From a virus (lineage: Duplodnaviria > Caudoviricetes), in the IMG/VR virus record IMGVR_UViG_2974586258_000001, positions 32,001 to 96,000 of that record: a stretch of DNA of 64,000 nt. One strand, given 5' to 3'. How positions within the stretch are numbered: position 1 is the stretch's first letter; every line of letters begins with the position of its first letter. Shown here one piece after another: positions 30,006 to 39,875 of this stretch. The notes under the pieces are model-generated. The model was given only the letters and a program-made list of their open reading frames with translations, did not search any database and was not told the DNA's origin. A program made the position numbers and the translations under genes.

Positions 30006-30995
30006 TTATACAGAAGTCATCTTGATGACAAGTTCAGGACGAGAGTTTACACACAGTACAGAACTTTCAGTCTCAAGCATCTGGCTACGACCATTCTTAA
30101 CTTCGTTAAGGAACAGGTATGCCTCACGAGCAGTGGTGTTAGCAAATGCAACATGGTCAGCAGGAGCAAAGTGCATGGTGAACATACCTTCAATGCCACG
30201 GGGGAACATGTACGCTTCACCAGTGGGGATATAACCAGAAATATCTTCCATGAAGGTGTAACCCTTGTGGACGAAGTAACGGTTGTTCAGATCACCACCA
30301 AGGCGCTCACGCAGAGGTTCTTGAGTAGAAGCGTAACGATCATATGCTTGCTTAACAAACGGGTTGTCAATCAGCTTTTGGAACCAAGTACGAGAACACA
30401 GAACTACAATGCTATAACCATCAGCACCATTACCAGCTTTATCGATAATAACAGAACGACCTTGTTCTTCGATAGTGGTCAGGGGGTCGATAGTGGTAGA
30501 GGCAAATGCAACAGGAACAGTAGTCTGAGTTTGACCCCAAACAGTGAAATAGTTGTAAGTGCCAGTAGAAGCATCACCACCAGTACCCATGATAGCTTGA
30601 ACCATCAGTTTCTCACGTTGTTCTTGGTGAGTCTTTTGGATCATAGAGGTACGGCGCATAACTACATCTTCTACGGTCTTAGGTGCATTGGGGTCTGCAT
30701 AAGAAACAAAGTTCTGCACATCACCAGCTTGAATAGCGCCATCCAGAGGATAGAATGGGATCTTGAACTGTTTAGCTACAGCGTCTTCGCTTTGAATGAA
30801 GTTACGCTCGCCACCACGCAGGCGACCGGGAATAGCACCACGGTTCCAAGAAACTTTCTTAACTTCACAAATATCAGACTGGTGATATTCTGGAACGAAA
30901 AGCTCCATGTTGGTAACAAGGGTATTCTGACGAGGTGCAACCTCAAGCAGATGGGAAAAATCTAGAAAAGTAAAACCAGTATTAACTACGCTCAT
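30006..30995 (-). CDS. Major capsid protein (lambda gpE-like family)
   Basis: FKIPFYP, FAPAD and TESSVLCVNSRPE motifs; strongly biased codon usage. Confidence 0.9.
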   Translation of the reverse strand: MSVVNTGFTFLDFSHLLEVAPRQNTLVTNMELFVPEYHQSDICEVKKVSWNRGAIPGRLRGGERNFIQSEDAVAKQFKIPFYPLDGAIQAGDVQNFVSYADPNAPKTVEDVVMRRTSMIQKTHQEQREKLMVQAIMGTGGDASTGTYNYFTVWGQTQTTVPVAFASTTIDPLTTIEEQGRSVIIDKAGNGADGYSIVVLCSRTWFQKLIDNPFVKQAYDRYASTQEPLRERLGGDLNNRYFVHKGYTFMEDISGYIPTGEAYMFPRGIEGMFTMHFAPADHVAFANTTAREAYLFLNEVKNGRSQMLETESSVLCVNSRPELVIKMTSV

Positions 30996-31022
30996 TTATT
31001 TTAACTCCGAATTATTAAATTA

Positions 31023-31403
31023 TTAACCGACTACTTTATCAGTAACTTTAATGCCTTTTGCTTCCAGTGCAGTAACACCAGCAGCATTGATAGCACCATC
31101 GCTAAATTTCAGCAGATTCTTATTCAGAGTCAGAGCACGTTTAGCAACGACCAGTTTGTACTGAGTACCAACTACAAAATCTTGTGCTTCACGAGTTACA
31201 CGAGCATCGATAAGAACAGAAGCTACGTTGGCAGCATCTGCAATTGCAGCCCAAGTGCCATCAGCTTTAAGCAGAGCACCAGCAGCCATACTTGCAGCCC
31301 AAGTAACAGAAACTTCTTCTACAGAGTAACCAATGTCAGATGCTTCAACAACACCAAGAACTAGGTCAGAGTAGAACTGGGAAATAGATTCAAGACGATT
31401 CAT
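31023..31403 (-). CDS. Head decoration protein
   Basis: 126 aa between scaffold and capsid; ALEAKGIKV tail. Confidence 0.75.
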   Translation of the reverse strand: MNRLESISQFYSDLVLGVVEASDIGYSVEEVSVTWAASMAAGALLKADGTWAAIADAANVASVLIDARVTREAQDFVVGTQYKLVVAKRALTLNKNLLKFSDGAINAAGVTALEAKGIKVTDKVVG

Positions 31404-31417
31404 TATTTTAACTCCGA

Positions 31418-32518
31418 TTATTTAGATTTGTTTTCAGCAGCCCATTTGGCAGCTTTAGCTTTGATAACTTCTTGGGGGTCTTGGGCATCAACAACTACTT
31501 TGCCATCTTTACCAACTTCGGTAATAGCAAATTGTTCTTTAGTCTTATTGACCTCTTCTTTCATTGCTTCAATTTGTTCTTTAGCAGATTTAAGAATATC
31601 TTGAATCATATCGAACTCAGCAGTCTTACGAGATTTCATCAGGAAATCAACAACTGCATCAGTCTTCTCTTCAACAACAATACCAGTAGATTTTACAAAC
31701 TCAGTAAATTCGTTCTTTTGTACTTGTTCAGCAGCTTTCAGAATTTCTTCTGCTTCAGCAGCCTTGGCTTTTGCTTTTTCAAGTTCTTCTTTCAGCGGTG
31801 CTTGAGCTGCCTCAAGTTGGGCCTTCAGAATATCTTGGAACTCAGCAGATTTCATTAGTTCTTGGATATCCAATGGTTTCTCCGTTTTATCTTTAGTTTT
31901 ATTAACGTTAATAGTACTATCATCAGAAACAGCAACAGGAGTTGAAGCTTTTTCCAAGGATTCTGTTACAGCTTTGAACAATTTAAGTTGTGTGTCAGCT
32001 TTATTAATAGATTTTGAAACAATTTCATATAAACCTGTTTCAAGTTTGTCTTCGGCCTCTTCAGAGAGCTTGACCTTACCCTCAACAATCATGTAATCTG
32101 TAATCTGTACAACAGGACTTGCTGTATCGCCAACCGTTACTGAACCGTCTTCTGTCATAGTGAAAGTAGTGACCATGAAATCCCAGCCTTCGCAGTAGTC
32201 GCCTGTGGTGAAATAGACTTGACCATCTTTCCAGTCTTCAACACAGAGCCACTCATCTTTACCACAGTAAGCTTCTTTAAGTGCATTCTCCAAAAGCATT
32301 TTGGAATTACGCATACTCATTGCTTTCTGGATTTCTTCTGGGAAATTCTCGACACCAAACTTTTCAATTGATTTCATGATTTCATCAGTCAATTCAATAG
32401 TGTCAGATTTCATAAGCAAAGAGATATGGCGGTTGTTTGCACTTCCACCTTGCCCTTCATGACAAATAGCAAGATGAGGTGTCTTTTTATCACCATCTTT
32501 TTTAATATCTAGTTTCAT
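31418..32518 (-). CDS. Scaffolding protein
   Basis: PHLAICH..QGGSAN N-terminus; K/E/A-rich coiled coil; LEKA/ILKA-type repeats. Confidence 0.75.
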   Translation of the reverse strand: MKLDIKKDGDKKTPHLAICHEGQGGSANNRHISLLMKSDTIELTDEIMKSIEKFGVENFPEEIQKAMSMRNSKMLLENALKEAYCGKDEWLCVEDWKDGQVYFTTGDYCEGWDFMVTTFTMTEDGSVTVGDTASPVVQITDYMIVEGKVKLSEEAEDKLETGLYEIVSKSINKADTQLKLFKAVTESLEKASTPVAVSDDSTINVNKTKDKTEKPLDIQELMKSAEFQDILKAQLEAAQAPLKEELEKAKAKAAEAEEILKAAEQVQKNEFTEFVKSTGIVVEEKTDAVVDFLMKSRKTAEFDMIQDILKSAKEQIEAMKEEVNKTKEQFAITEVGKDGKVVVDAQDPQEVIKAKAAKWAAENKSK

Positions 32519-33441
32519 TATTCCTCATCATAAGGGTCGAAAGTCACATCTGTAATTTCACCTGTTTCTTTATTGATAGAGCCACGAGCACCAATACTAA
32601 CTCCTTGGATAACCCCAGCTTTCTTTAAGAGCCACAAATCAGGGTCATTGTATTTTGTCTTGACTACCCATGTACCAGCTTTAATAGGCTGATTAGTAGC
32701 CTCAACAACTACATCAATTTCTTGTTGGATCCACGATTTTTCAATAGAAAACAAATCTGTATTAGCAAAATGGAACAAATTGGGTTTGACATTACCAAGT
32801 TCAAGGTTTTTGTTGAAATTCTCGCAAGCCTTAAGTATAGTCTCTTGTGTCATCCACTCACCGTGAGCGTCTTTGGTATCAGGCTCATAGACCACTTCAT
32901 ATGCAATCATTTCTTCTATGATTTGTGGTTCAGAGGACTTCTTCAAAGTATGGAATTCTTTCGGGCCTTTACCTTTCAACTTACCTTTAGGCCATAACCA
33001 CTTGTGACTCCAGTATTTTGCACTGAAAATATCTGACTCTTCGCCGTGACGAGCATAATAAGCATCATTCGCTTCGGCAGAATAATTATCTTCCATACTA
33101 GGATCACCAAAGTGAACTACTTTGATTTCTTCACCTTTCTTAGCTAGTACCATACCTTGCTTTCCGTCCCTGTTAGAACGGATTGGTTTATTGTATCCGG
33201 GGAATTTTGTGCCTCGATAAACCAGATTACCTTTGTCATCTTTTTCAACAGAATCGGTTGTAGCTTTGGAAATAGTTTTCTTTGTTCTGGTTTTGGCCTG
33301 CTTCAATGCAATAGCTACGGCCCTGCTTTCTTCCATTCCGTCTGAAACTAAAGGATTAAAGACTTCCATGAATTTCTGTTTTTGTTTAATAGTAAGGGAT
33401 TTTGTAGATGGGGGTAGGTCTTTAATGCTAGAATATGGCAT
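32518..33441 (-). CDS. Prohead protease (XkdF-like) with N-terminal ChaB-like and middle accessory domains
   Basis: VVYEPDTKDAHGEWM...H...KAGTWV...GVSIG protease motifs; MPYSSIKDLP ChaB-like start. Confidence 0.8.
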   Translation of the reverse strand: MPYSSIKDLPPSTKSLTIKQKQKFMEVFNPLVSDGMEESRAVAIALKQAKTRTKKTISKATTDSVEKDDKGNLVYRGTKFPGYNKPIRSNRDGKQGMVLAKKGEEIKVVHFGDPSMEDNYSAEANDAYYARHGEESDIFSAKYWSHKWLWPKGKLKGKGPKEFHTLKKSSEPQIIEEMIAYEVVYEPDTKDAHGEWMTQETILKACENFNKNLELGNVKPNLFHFANTDLFSIEKSWIQQEIDVVVEATNQPIKAGTWVVKTKYNDPDLWLLKKAGVIQGVSIGARGSINKETGEITDVTFDPYDEE

Positions 33442-33496
33442 CTATACCTCATTAATTAAATTGTTAACTTTGTATTAAATACATAACATGAAATTA

Positions 33497-33525
33497 ATAT
33501 TAACACAAAAAATAAAAATTTTCAA
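33497..33525 (-). promoter_or_regulatory. Conserved phage promoter (TTGAAA-17-TAATAT)
   Basis: Member of the 9-copy motif; upstream of the head genes. Confidence 0.72.
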
Positions 33526-33605
33526 GAACTTTTTAAAAGAATATGTAAATATTACAAGGATTTAATTAAATTGTACAGAGAAAGAGGCCATTTCTGACCC
33601 TAATT

Positions 33606-34628
33606 TTAAACTTTCTTCTTTGTTAAGATATACAGAGCGTCGGTAATAAGGTTTTCCAAAACAACTAGATTATTAATGTAGGATGTTTCTGTAAATCCAT
33701 CTTGGAACTCTTCTTTGGATACAACACCAATTTCAATTTCAGAGTTTTTAATGAAGTTTTCAATGTACAATGGAATAGATCCATCTTCAAGAGTAGCAGA
33801 CCAGATTCTTTTATATCCGTATTCTGTTTCACGTTTCTGCTTTTTAATTCTTGCAAGTTCTTTTTGGTTTGTTATTCCGAATTTTATAAAACTATGACTG
33901 TCTTTTGTCCACTGATAAACATAGAAAGTTCCATGTTTGCTGGTAGAATACCCATTAATAGCGCAACCATTACAACGACTTCCTTGATTTACAAAACTGT
34001 GATAACTGACATTTTGTTTTCCATGAGTTTTACAGATGTACTCAAACCTAGTTTTGTGGGTAGTTCTATACTTATCAACAAAACCTACAACATCATAATC
34101 CATTTCTTTGCAGATGTCAATGCATTTTTGTAGTGCTTCTTGTTCCGTTGGTTTATAAACGCCCGAGCACTTAGGGCAACCCTTGTCACTATTAATAATG
34201 TCATTAATTCTTGCAATCCATTTATGCCCATCTTTTAAACATTCAAGGTTTAGTTTGGTGTTTTGATTTTTAAACTCTTCTGTAAAACCGTGGACGATGA
34301 ACCCTTTCTTTTCTCCTGCTCTACGAGCTAATATTAAATACTGCCAGTCAAACCACCTTACATTCTTGCCACAACCGCATGGTTTTAAATCATTAACCAA
34401 ATTACTTTTGACACTAACAAAATAGCCATCAGGGAATAATTCAGGATCTTTGGAACATTCAGTACAGGCAACTCTGAATGTAGTATGTGTACCTTGTTTT
34501 CCATCGATACCAATAACTTCTAATCTCCCATCTGGACTTTTCCAACCAATAAAATCTTCTGGTTTTTGTCGTTTTGCTCTCTTCTTCTTTTCTGTCATAT
34601 TTAAATTACCTCTTGAAATTATGTCCAC
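33606..34628 (-). CDS. Free-standing zinc-ribbon/GIY-YIG-like endonuclease (copy 4); start probably ATG at 34598
   Basis: FIGWKSPDGRLEV..CTECSKDPELFPDGYF; FIKFGITN..DGFTET; own TTGACT-16-TAAAAT promoter at 34662-34635. Confidence 0.75.
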   Translation of the reverse strand: MDIISRGNLNMTEKKKRAKRQKPEDFIGWKSPDGRLEVIGIDGKQGTHTTFRVACTECSKDPELFPDGYFVSVKSNLVNDLKPCGCGKNVRWFDWQYLILARRAGEKKGFIVHGFTEEFKNQNTKLNLECLKDGHKWIARINDIINSDKGCPKCSGVYKPTEQEALQKCIDICKEMDYDVVGFVDKYRTTHKTRFEYICKTHGKQNVSYHSFVNQGSRCNGCAINGYSTSKHGTFYVYQWTKDSHSFIKFGITNQKELARIKKQKRETEYGYKRIWSATLEDGSIPLYIENFIKNSEIEIGVVSKEEFQDGFTETSYINNLVVLENLITDALYILTKKKV

Positions 34629-34675
34629 TTTATTATTTTACTACTTATAGTCGTAAAGTCAAGAGGTTTTGTTAC

Positions 34676-36244
34676 TTATGCTGTAGTTTGGGCATTATTG
34701 GAAACCGAGGTATCCGAATCTGATACACCATCACCAGTTCCATTATTCAGTCCAGATTCCATACCATCACCAGATCTAGTGGTTGGTTTACCTACAAGAG
34801 CTAGAACCTCCTCTGGGGTTTCATCTGTCAACTTCCAATCAACACCAAGCACACTGAGAATGTGGTTGATCACTTCCTTGTTGCGAGGGATAAAACCAGT
34901 AGCCCCCATACGTTGAACCGCAGCAGAGAAAGCATTCAAATCAACTTCATCGGTTTCATCAAACCCGAGCGTTGGCATTTCGTCATCTTCTAGATAAATT
35001 TCATTTAATGCTAAAAGTTGAGGGATGATGTCTGTGTTGAATGTCTCTAAAATGATATTAACGTTTCGTTCAACAAATAATGAGTGAAGGTTTTGTTTGC
35101 CTTCAGAAAGAGCATATGAACCAACTCCTTCGTTGCCGAGATTGATGAACCCACAACCGAATAGATCAAGAATGACTTTCTTACGCTCATTAATGAGTGT
35201 TGTGGTGTTCTTGTCTCCACTACCACCATCTACTCCTTTAAGAGTCATCTTGTACTGCTCTTGGCCTCCGGGCTGTGTATCAGAAGGAAGGATAAAGAAG
35301 CTTTGTTCACCAGCAGCAGAGTTAGCAGCATCTTGCATCAATTGATTTAGGAATTGTGCTTCTTTGCCGCTTGGGTCAAGTGCTGCCTTTTGCAGGATCA
35401 TTGAAGGAATCTTAAGTTCAAGAACACCAGATAGGTTTTTGTTAGCACCTACAATTTCAAGATTCTCAATGACAACCTTCTCACGATATGCCTTATATGC
35501 AGCATTTAAAGGACTAACACCTGTTGGGTTAGCACTACTAGCGTTCATGGCAAACAATGCAATCTTGTTAATGGGGATGAAAACACTACCAACTTGAGGA
35601 TCTTGATTCTTCAGATAATCAACATAGAAAACGCCATTCATTGTATCGAAAGCATTATTGTTTTGCCAAAGACCTACAAGTTCTCTTGAATCATCTGAAA
35701 ATTTAAATGGCTGACGGATATCCAATGAACCTTGTGGTCTAAAAGCTAATTTACTAAGACGATATTGGTATTTATCTTTGTACTTACCTCGTGTTATCTT
35801 GCTGAATACTTTTTCAAATGCGGCAAAACCATATTCATTCATTGTAGCTGCTGAACGTGCTACTTGACGCAAGGTTTGATTGTCAAGGTTTTTAAAGCAA
35901 TATTCAATGAATTCTGCTGCTTCTTTTGATCTAGCAGAACCTTTTTTATGGCGAATAAAGAAATCGTTAAACGGTTTCTCAACCAGCATATAAGTTGTAT
36001 TTAGAGCGGTAGCAACCGTAGCATCTAATTTCATACTTTCATATGTCATGATGCAATTAGGCCACTTCAGCTCTTTGTTTTTCATCCTCTCGCTATCATC
36101 ACGGATCCTTTGGAGAGCAAGTGAACCTATCTCCCCCATCCTTAGTCGAGAAACAGCAAGCCCTTCCGAGCTTGCCTTTTCAAGATCAACTTGTTGATTT
36201 TTTCTTGGGCGGCCCCTTGGACGCTTAACTGTTTGCTCTGTCAA
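34676..36244 (-). CDS. Portal protein
   Basis: RLRMGEIG, NEYGFAAFEKV, NPTGVSPL and GSYALSEGK motifs; follows the terminase. Confidence 0.9.
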   Translation of the reverse strand: MTEQTVKRPRGRPRKNQQVDLEKASSEGLAVSRLRMGEIGSLALQRIRDDSERMKNKELKWPNCIMTYESMKLDATVATALNTTYMLVEKPFNDFFIRHKKGSARSKEAAEFIEYCFKNLDNQTLRQVARSAATMNEYGFAAFEKVFSKITRGKYKDKYQYRLSKLAFRPQGSLDIRQPFKFSDDSRELVGLWQNNNAFDTMNGVFYVDYLKNQDPQVGSVFIPINKIALFAMNASSANPTGVSPLNAAYKAYREKVVIENLEIVGANKNLSGVLELKIPSMILQKAALDPSGKEAQFLNQLMQDAANSAAGEQSFFILPSDTQPGGQEQYKMTLKGVDGGSGDKNTTTLINERKKVILDLFGCGFINLGNEGVGSYALSEGKQNLHSLFVERNVNIILETFNTDIIPQLLALNEIYLEDDEMPTLGFDETDEVDLNAFSAAVQRMGATGFIPRNKEVINHILSVLGVDWKLTDETPEEVLALVGKPTTRSGDGMESGLNNGTGDGVSDSDTSVSNNAQTTA

Positions 36245-36267
36245 TTTATCTCCGAATATTCTTTATA

Positions 36268-38109
36268 TTAAAAGTAGCGACTTTTATTTAAACCTGATAT
36301 CATTGTAGGTGCATTGATTGTTGGCATTGTTACTGCTGAAACACTCATTGTTTTAGCAAGATAGGAGAAAACTGAAGCACAAGCATCAGGCCAGTCATCT
36401 TTTCTGTCTGCCGTGGACCTTTCTCCATCGAAACTTTCAAGCTCTTTATAGAAAGCTGCAAGTGTTGCAGGTTCAAAAGTATCTTCAACAATTGATACTA
36501 ACCCATTCTGGCAAGCAGAACTGAACGCCTCAAACCGTTTTAGTTTTGATTTATTAGATGGATTGGGGTCTTCTTTTACAATAAAACCCTCATTAGTAAA
36601 CATTTTAGCCATCTCGTTAAACGCAAACGCACCAGCTTGTCCTGGATCTTTAGGTAAAACCACAATAGTATCTGAGCCATCATGTTTGGCCTGTAACAAC
36701 ATCAAAGTATCACGAACACCGGGGCGTTTTCTAAACCTACCGTTCTGTCTAGTTAATTCATCAAGAGTCTCTTGAATATAATCCCCAACAATAATATAAG
36801 TATCTTGATTTGTTTTTAGCATTTTGATACTTGCAGTATAGTCAGGATATCTATTCTTATCAGATGGTTCAGCCGAAGCTAAGTCCCATCCTCGTGCTTC
36901 TGTACAGTTCAATGGTACTTTGTCTAGTTTATTTAACCAACTTCGCTGGAAATAGTTAGAACCTTCTGGACGAGCATACCAGTTACCGTCCAATAGTCTG
37001 GCGCGGTTAATTGGTGACTGAGCTTTCAGTGCAGACAAATACTTTGGGTTAGATTTTATTAGTGCTGGGTTATCGAAGATAGTTCCGCTGATAAAAGTAA
37101 ATGACATAGGGGGAATATAAATTCTTTCACCATCATTTTCTTGATAACAAATATCAGGGTACGCTTCTGCTAACTCTTCCTCTGTATTAGCAAAAATAGG
37201 TTTATCATCAACAATAACGAAGTACCTAATAACTCCGTCTTTACTCTGGTCTGGATAGCCTTCTGGATCCAAATACCACTCAACGAACGATAACACCCAA
37301 CTGTCCGGTGATGGATTACAAGTACCCATACAGAAACTATCGCATTCTGCTTCAGAACGGAGACGACCTATTAGATATAAAAATTGAGATTGTGAGAAAT
37401 GTGTTAATTCGTCGAAACCAACAAAAGAATATTGTACTTTTATGTTCGGAAAGGCTCGCTAGACCTATCCCGCATCACTTATGTTTATCAACATTAGCTG
37501 CTGCTCTATGTCTCCATAGAAGTTCAGACTATATCATCCACAACAATATGTTGCGGCCTACCGTTTCGAACACCATTAGCTTGTGTCCTACACCGCTACA
37601 TTCATCACGGCTAGTCGTTGGGCATTTAGAAACAAATGTTTCATTTAGCACAGGATTGTCCTTAACTTAATACTAGGAGTTTCCCTGTTTAGGTAGGTTT
37701 GCTACACTAATCACTTAATGTAGGGGCTACAATTTAACCCTTGATGGTTGGCCTCGGCTGTATCTTCGTGCTCTAAGTGGGTGTATTTAAGGTTCCCACC
37801 ACCTGTTCCTTCGAAAATAATCTCCATGTCTTTTTCACGGATTCTCGGATTAAGTGGTCTGAAAAGTTTCTTGCTTTCTGTAAACAATCCTCCGGCACCT
37901 TTAAGGGGGCCAGTTGTTCTTCGAAACATTACACCTTCAAAATTAGGGTCTTGATATGCGTGTTTTAATGCTTTTATTAACAGAAGTCTCGACTTGCCAC
38001 TACCTGCGGCACCGCCGTATATCATTACATCTACTTTTGTATCAAAAGCTTTTCGTTGTTTTCCCTCTTGAGGGGCTAAATTAACAACATTATTTTGTTT
38101 AGTTGCCAA
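36268..38109 (-). CDS. terL: Terminase large subunit, spliced complement(join(36268..37436,37737..38109)), about 513 aa
   Basis: Walker A YGGAAGSGKS. Splicing restores HQG|LQYSFVGFDELTHF (Walker B). TCNP coupling motif; RGWDLA and DDWPDA nuclease motifs. Confidence 0.95.
37437..37736 (-). mobile_element. ORF-less group I intron (IA2-like, 300 nt) in terL
   Basis: 5' exon GGGU pairs with IGS GCCC; P10 AUUGUA/UACAAU; R CCCAACGACUA; S GAUAUAGUCUGAA; terminal G at 37437. Splicing restores the frame. Confidence 0.93.
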
Positions 38110-38457
38110 TTAACCTCCAAAATTAACTACAATACCTTTCTCTTGTTCATTTTCTTCAATTTTATCTTCGGTTACTTCAACAGATTCTTCCAACTCTGCT
38201 GCCTCAGACTCGATTAGTTGTTTGTGAAGTTCAGCGGCCATCTCCAAGACCATGCGTGCTGACGCATTTTGGACCTGAGGGGGTGCGCTTTTATCTGTCA
38301 TCAATCTGTAGACAGTTTCTAATGCTTCCTCAGATATATTGATTATCTTGCTTTTTAAACGGAACTGTGCTCGCTCAGAGTCGATTAACAACTTATCTTC
38401 TGATTTGGGGCGACCTCTCCCACGTTTCTTAGTTTTGTTTATTGCTACTGTACTCAT
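38110..38457 (-). CDS. Putative terminase small subunit
   Basis: Immediately upstream of terL; AT-hook KRGRGRPK; helical core EALETVYRLM..SAPPQVQ.ASARMVL. Confidence 0.65.
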   Translation of the reverse strand: MSTVAINKTKKRGRGRPKSEDKLLIDSERAQFRLKSKIINISEEALETVYRLMTDKSAPPQVQNASARMVLEMAAELHKQLIESEAAELEESVEVTEDKIEENEQEKGIVVNFGG

Positions 38458-38526
38458 GTTTATTTCCTTTTAGAAATATAAAAATGAGGAATTAACAAAC
38501 GTCAATTCCTCTGATTACTATAAAAT

Positions 38527-38555
38527 ATATTACCATATTTTTGTAAAAATATCAA
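38527..38555 (-). promoter_or_regulatory. Conserved phage promoter (TTGATA-17-TAATAT)
   Basis: Member of the 9-copy motif; upstream of the terminase. Confidence 0.68.
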
Positions 38556-38570
38556 ATAAAAATTTAAATA

Positions 38571-39809
38571 TTAATATTTACTATGTAAATCAACCTCTTG
38601 GAATTCACAATTATCTAATAATTTATTTAAAATATATAAAGAATCATTTTCAAAACACTCTGTTGACCAACCTACAGGATATTGGAAGTTGCGTTCACGA
38701 AGTTCTTTATGCAATTCTTGCTCATAATCGTAGATTTCCTGATGTGTTGCAGTAAAGATCCGTAACTTCTTGATATTCCTGATTCCAGACATAGATGGTA
38801 TCCTCAAATCTTTAATTCTCTCATCTACATCAAAAGATCTTCCCACCTTAATAAACCTATTATTGAAATTTAAAACGTAAAGGAAATCTTGTTCATCTTT
38901 TCTTTCTGGAAAATAACCATTACCATTTCTCAACTCCCTGTGTCTATCTTTAGAACAACCCATACAACGGTTGCCGTTATGCACAAAGTTACTATAAGAT
39001 ATAGACTGCTTACCATGGACAGGACAAATATATTCGAAATAAGATTTTTGAGTTTTGTACCCGTCAGGAAACCCTTGTGGTTCGTAATTCATTTCTCTAC
39101 AAATGACTATACAACGTTCTAATGCAATGCCCTCTGGTAATCTGTACAACGCAGCTATCCTATCTTTAGAGCAATAATTGCATCTACTACCTTTGTAGAA
39201 AAAATCAGCATATTTTACATTTTGCTTCCCGTGTTTTGGGCAAACATATTCAAAACGAGACTTGGCATTTTTATACCCTCCAACAAAACCAATCGCAATA
39301 TAACCCATCTCTTGGCATATTAAACTGCAATTATTCATTGCTATTGCGTTATCCAACTTACACCTTTTAGCAGTACTACTATTTTTACACTCTGGGCAAC
39401 CACTCTTACCATTAATAACAGATGTAATAGATGTAGATTGCCATCTGTTCCCATCTTTCAGACACTCCAGATCCAATTTCGTATCTTGTCCTTGATAATC
39501 CTCTGCAAATCCGTGAACTATAAATCGACCTACTCCTAATCTCTCAACTATAATTATATATTGCCAATCTTCCCATTTATAAACAGAGCACCCGCAAGGC
39601 TTTTTATCGGCCTTTAAATTATACTTAGTACTAACAAAATAGCCATCTGGAAATAGTTCTTTATCTTTGGAACATTCAGTGCAAGTAACTTTATACTTTA
39701 TTGACTCATTTTTATTGATTGAGTAAACATCAACAACCTCCAACTTCCCGTCTCCAGATTTCCAACCTATGAACTCTTTTGCTTTTTCTAGTTTACCACT
39801 ATTTTCCAA
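38571..39809 (-). CDS. Free-standing zinc-ribbon/GIY-YIG-like endonuclease (copy 5, extra repeat)
   Basis: Family N-terminus; two tandem C...C.EM.Y...GF..GYK..KS.FEY.CP.HGKQ repeats; LYVLNF..FIKVGRS..STECF. Confidence 0.75.
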   Translation of the reverse strand: MENSGKLEKAKEFIGWKSGDGKLEVVDVYSINKNESIKYKVTCTECSKDKELFPDGYFVSTKYNLKADKKPCGCSVYKWEDWQYIIIVERLGVGRFIVHGFAEDYQGQDTKLDLECLKDGNRWQSTSITSVINGKSGCPECKNSSTAKRCKLDNAIAMNNCSLICQEMGYIAIGFVGGYKNAKSRFEYVCPKHGKQNVKYADFFYKGSRCNYCSKDRIAALYRLPEGIALERCIVICREMNYEPQGFPDGYKTQKSYFEYICPVHGKQSISYSNFVHNGNRCMGCSKDRHRELRNGNGYFPERKDEQDFLYVLNFNNRFIKVGRSFDVDERIKDLRIPSMSGIRNIKKLRIFTATHQEIYDYEQELHKELRERNFQYPVGWSTECFENDSLYILNKLLDNCEFQEVDLHSKY

Positions 39810-39834
39810 CTATCCCTCCTCTCAAAAGCAATAA

Positions 39835-39865
39835 CAGCCAGATACCTTTGAAAGATATCCAGCCA
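39835..39865 (-). terminator. Putative intrinsic terminator
   Basis: Minus strand TGGCTGGATATCTTT-C-AAAGGTATCTGGCTG hairpin with T-rich tail. Confidence 0.6.
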
Positions 39866-39875
39866 ATAATTAAAT

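Noticed and set aside
30153-30965. 270-aa antisense ORF in the capsid gene (similar ones at 9042, 16876 and 58960)
   Set aside because: Shadow ORFs expected from the codon bias of the real genes; no RBS or motifs.
37308-37670. 120-aa + strand ORF over the terL intron
   Set aside because: Antisense to the intron core, with no endonuclease motif.
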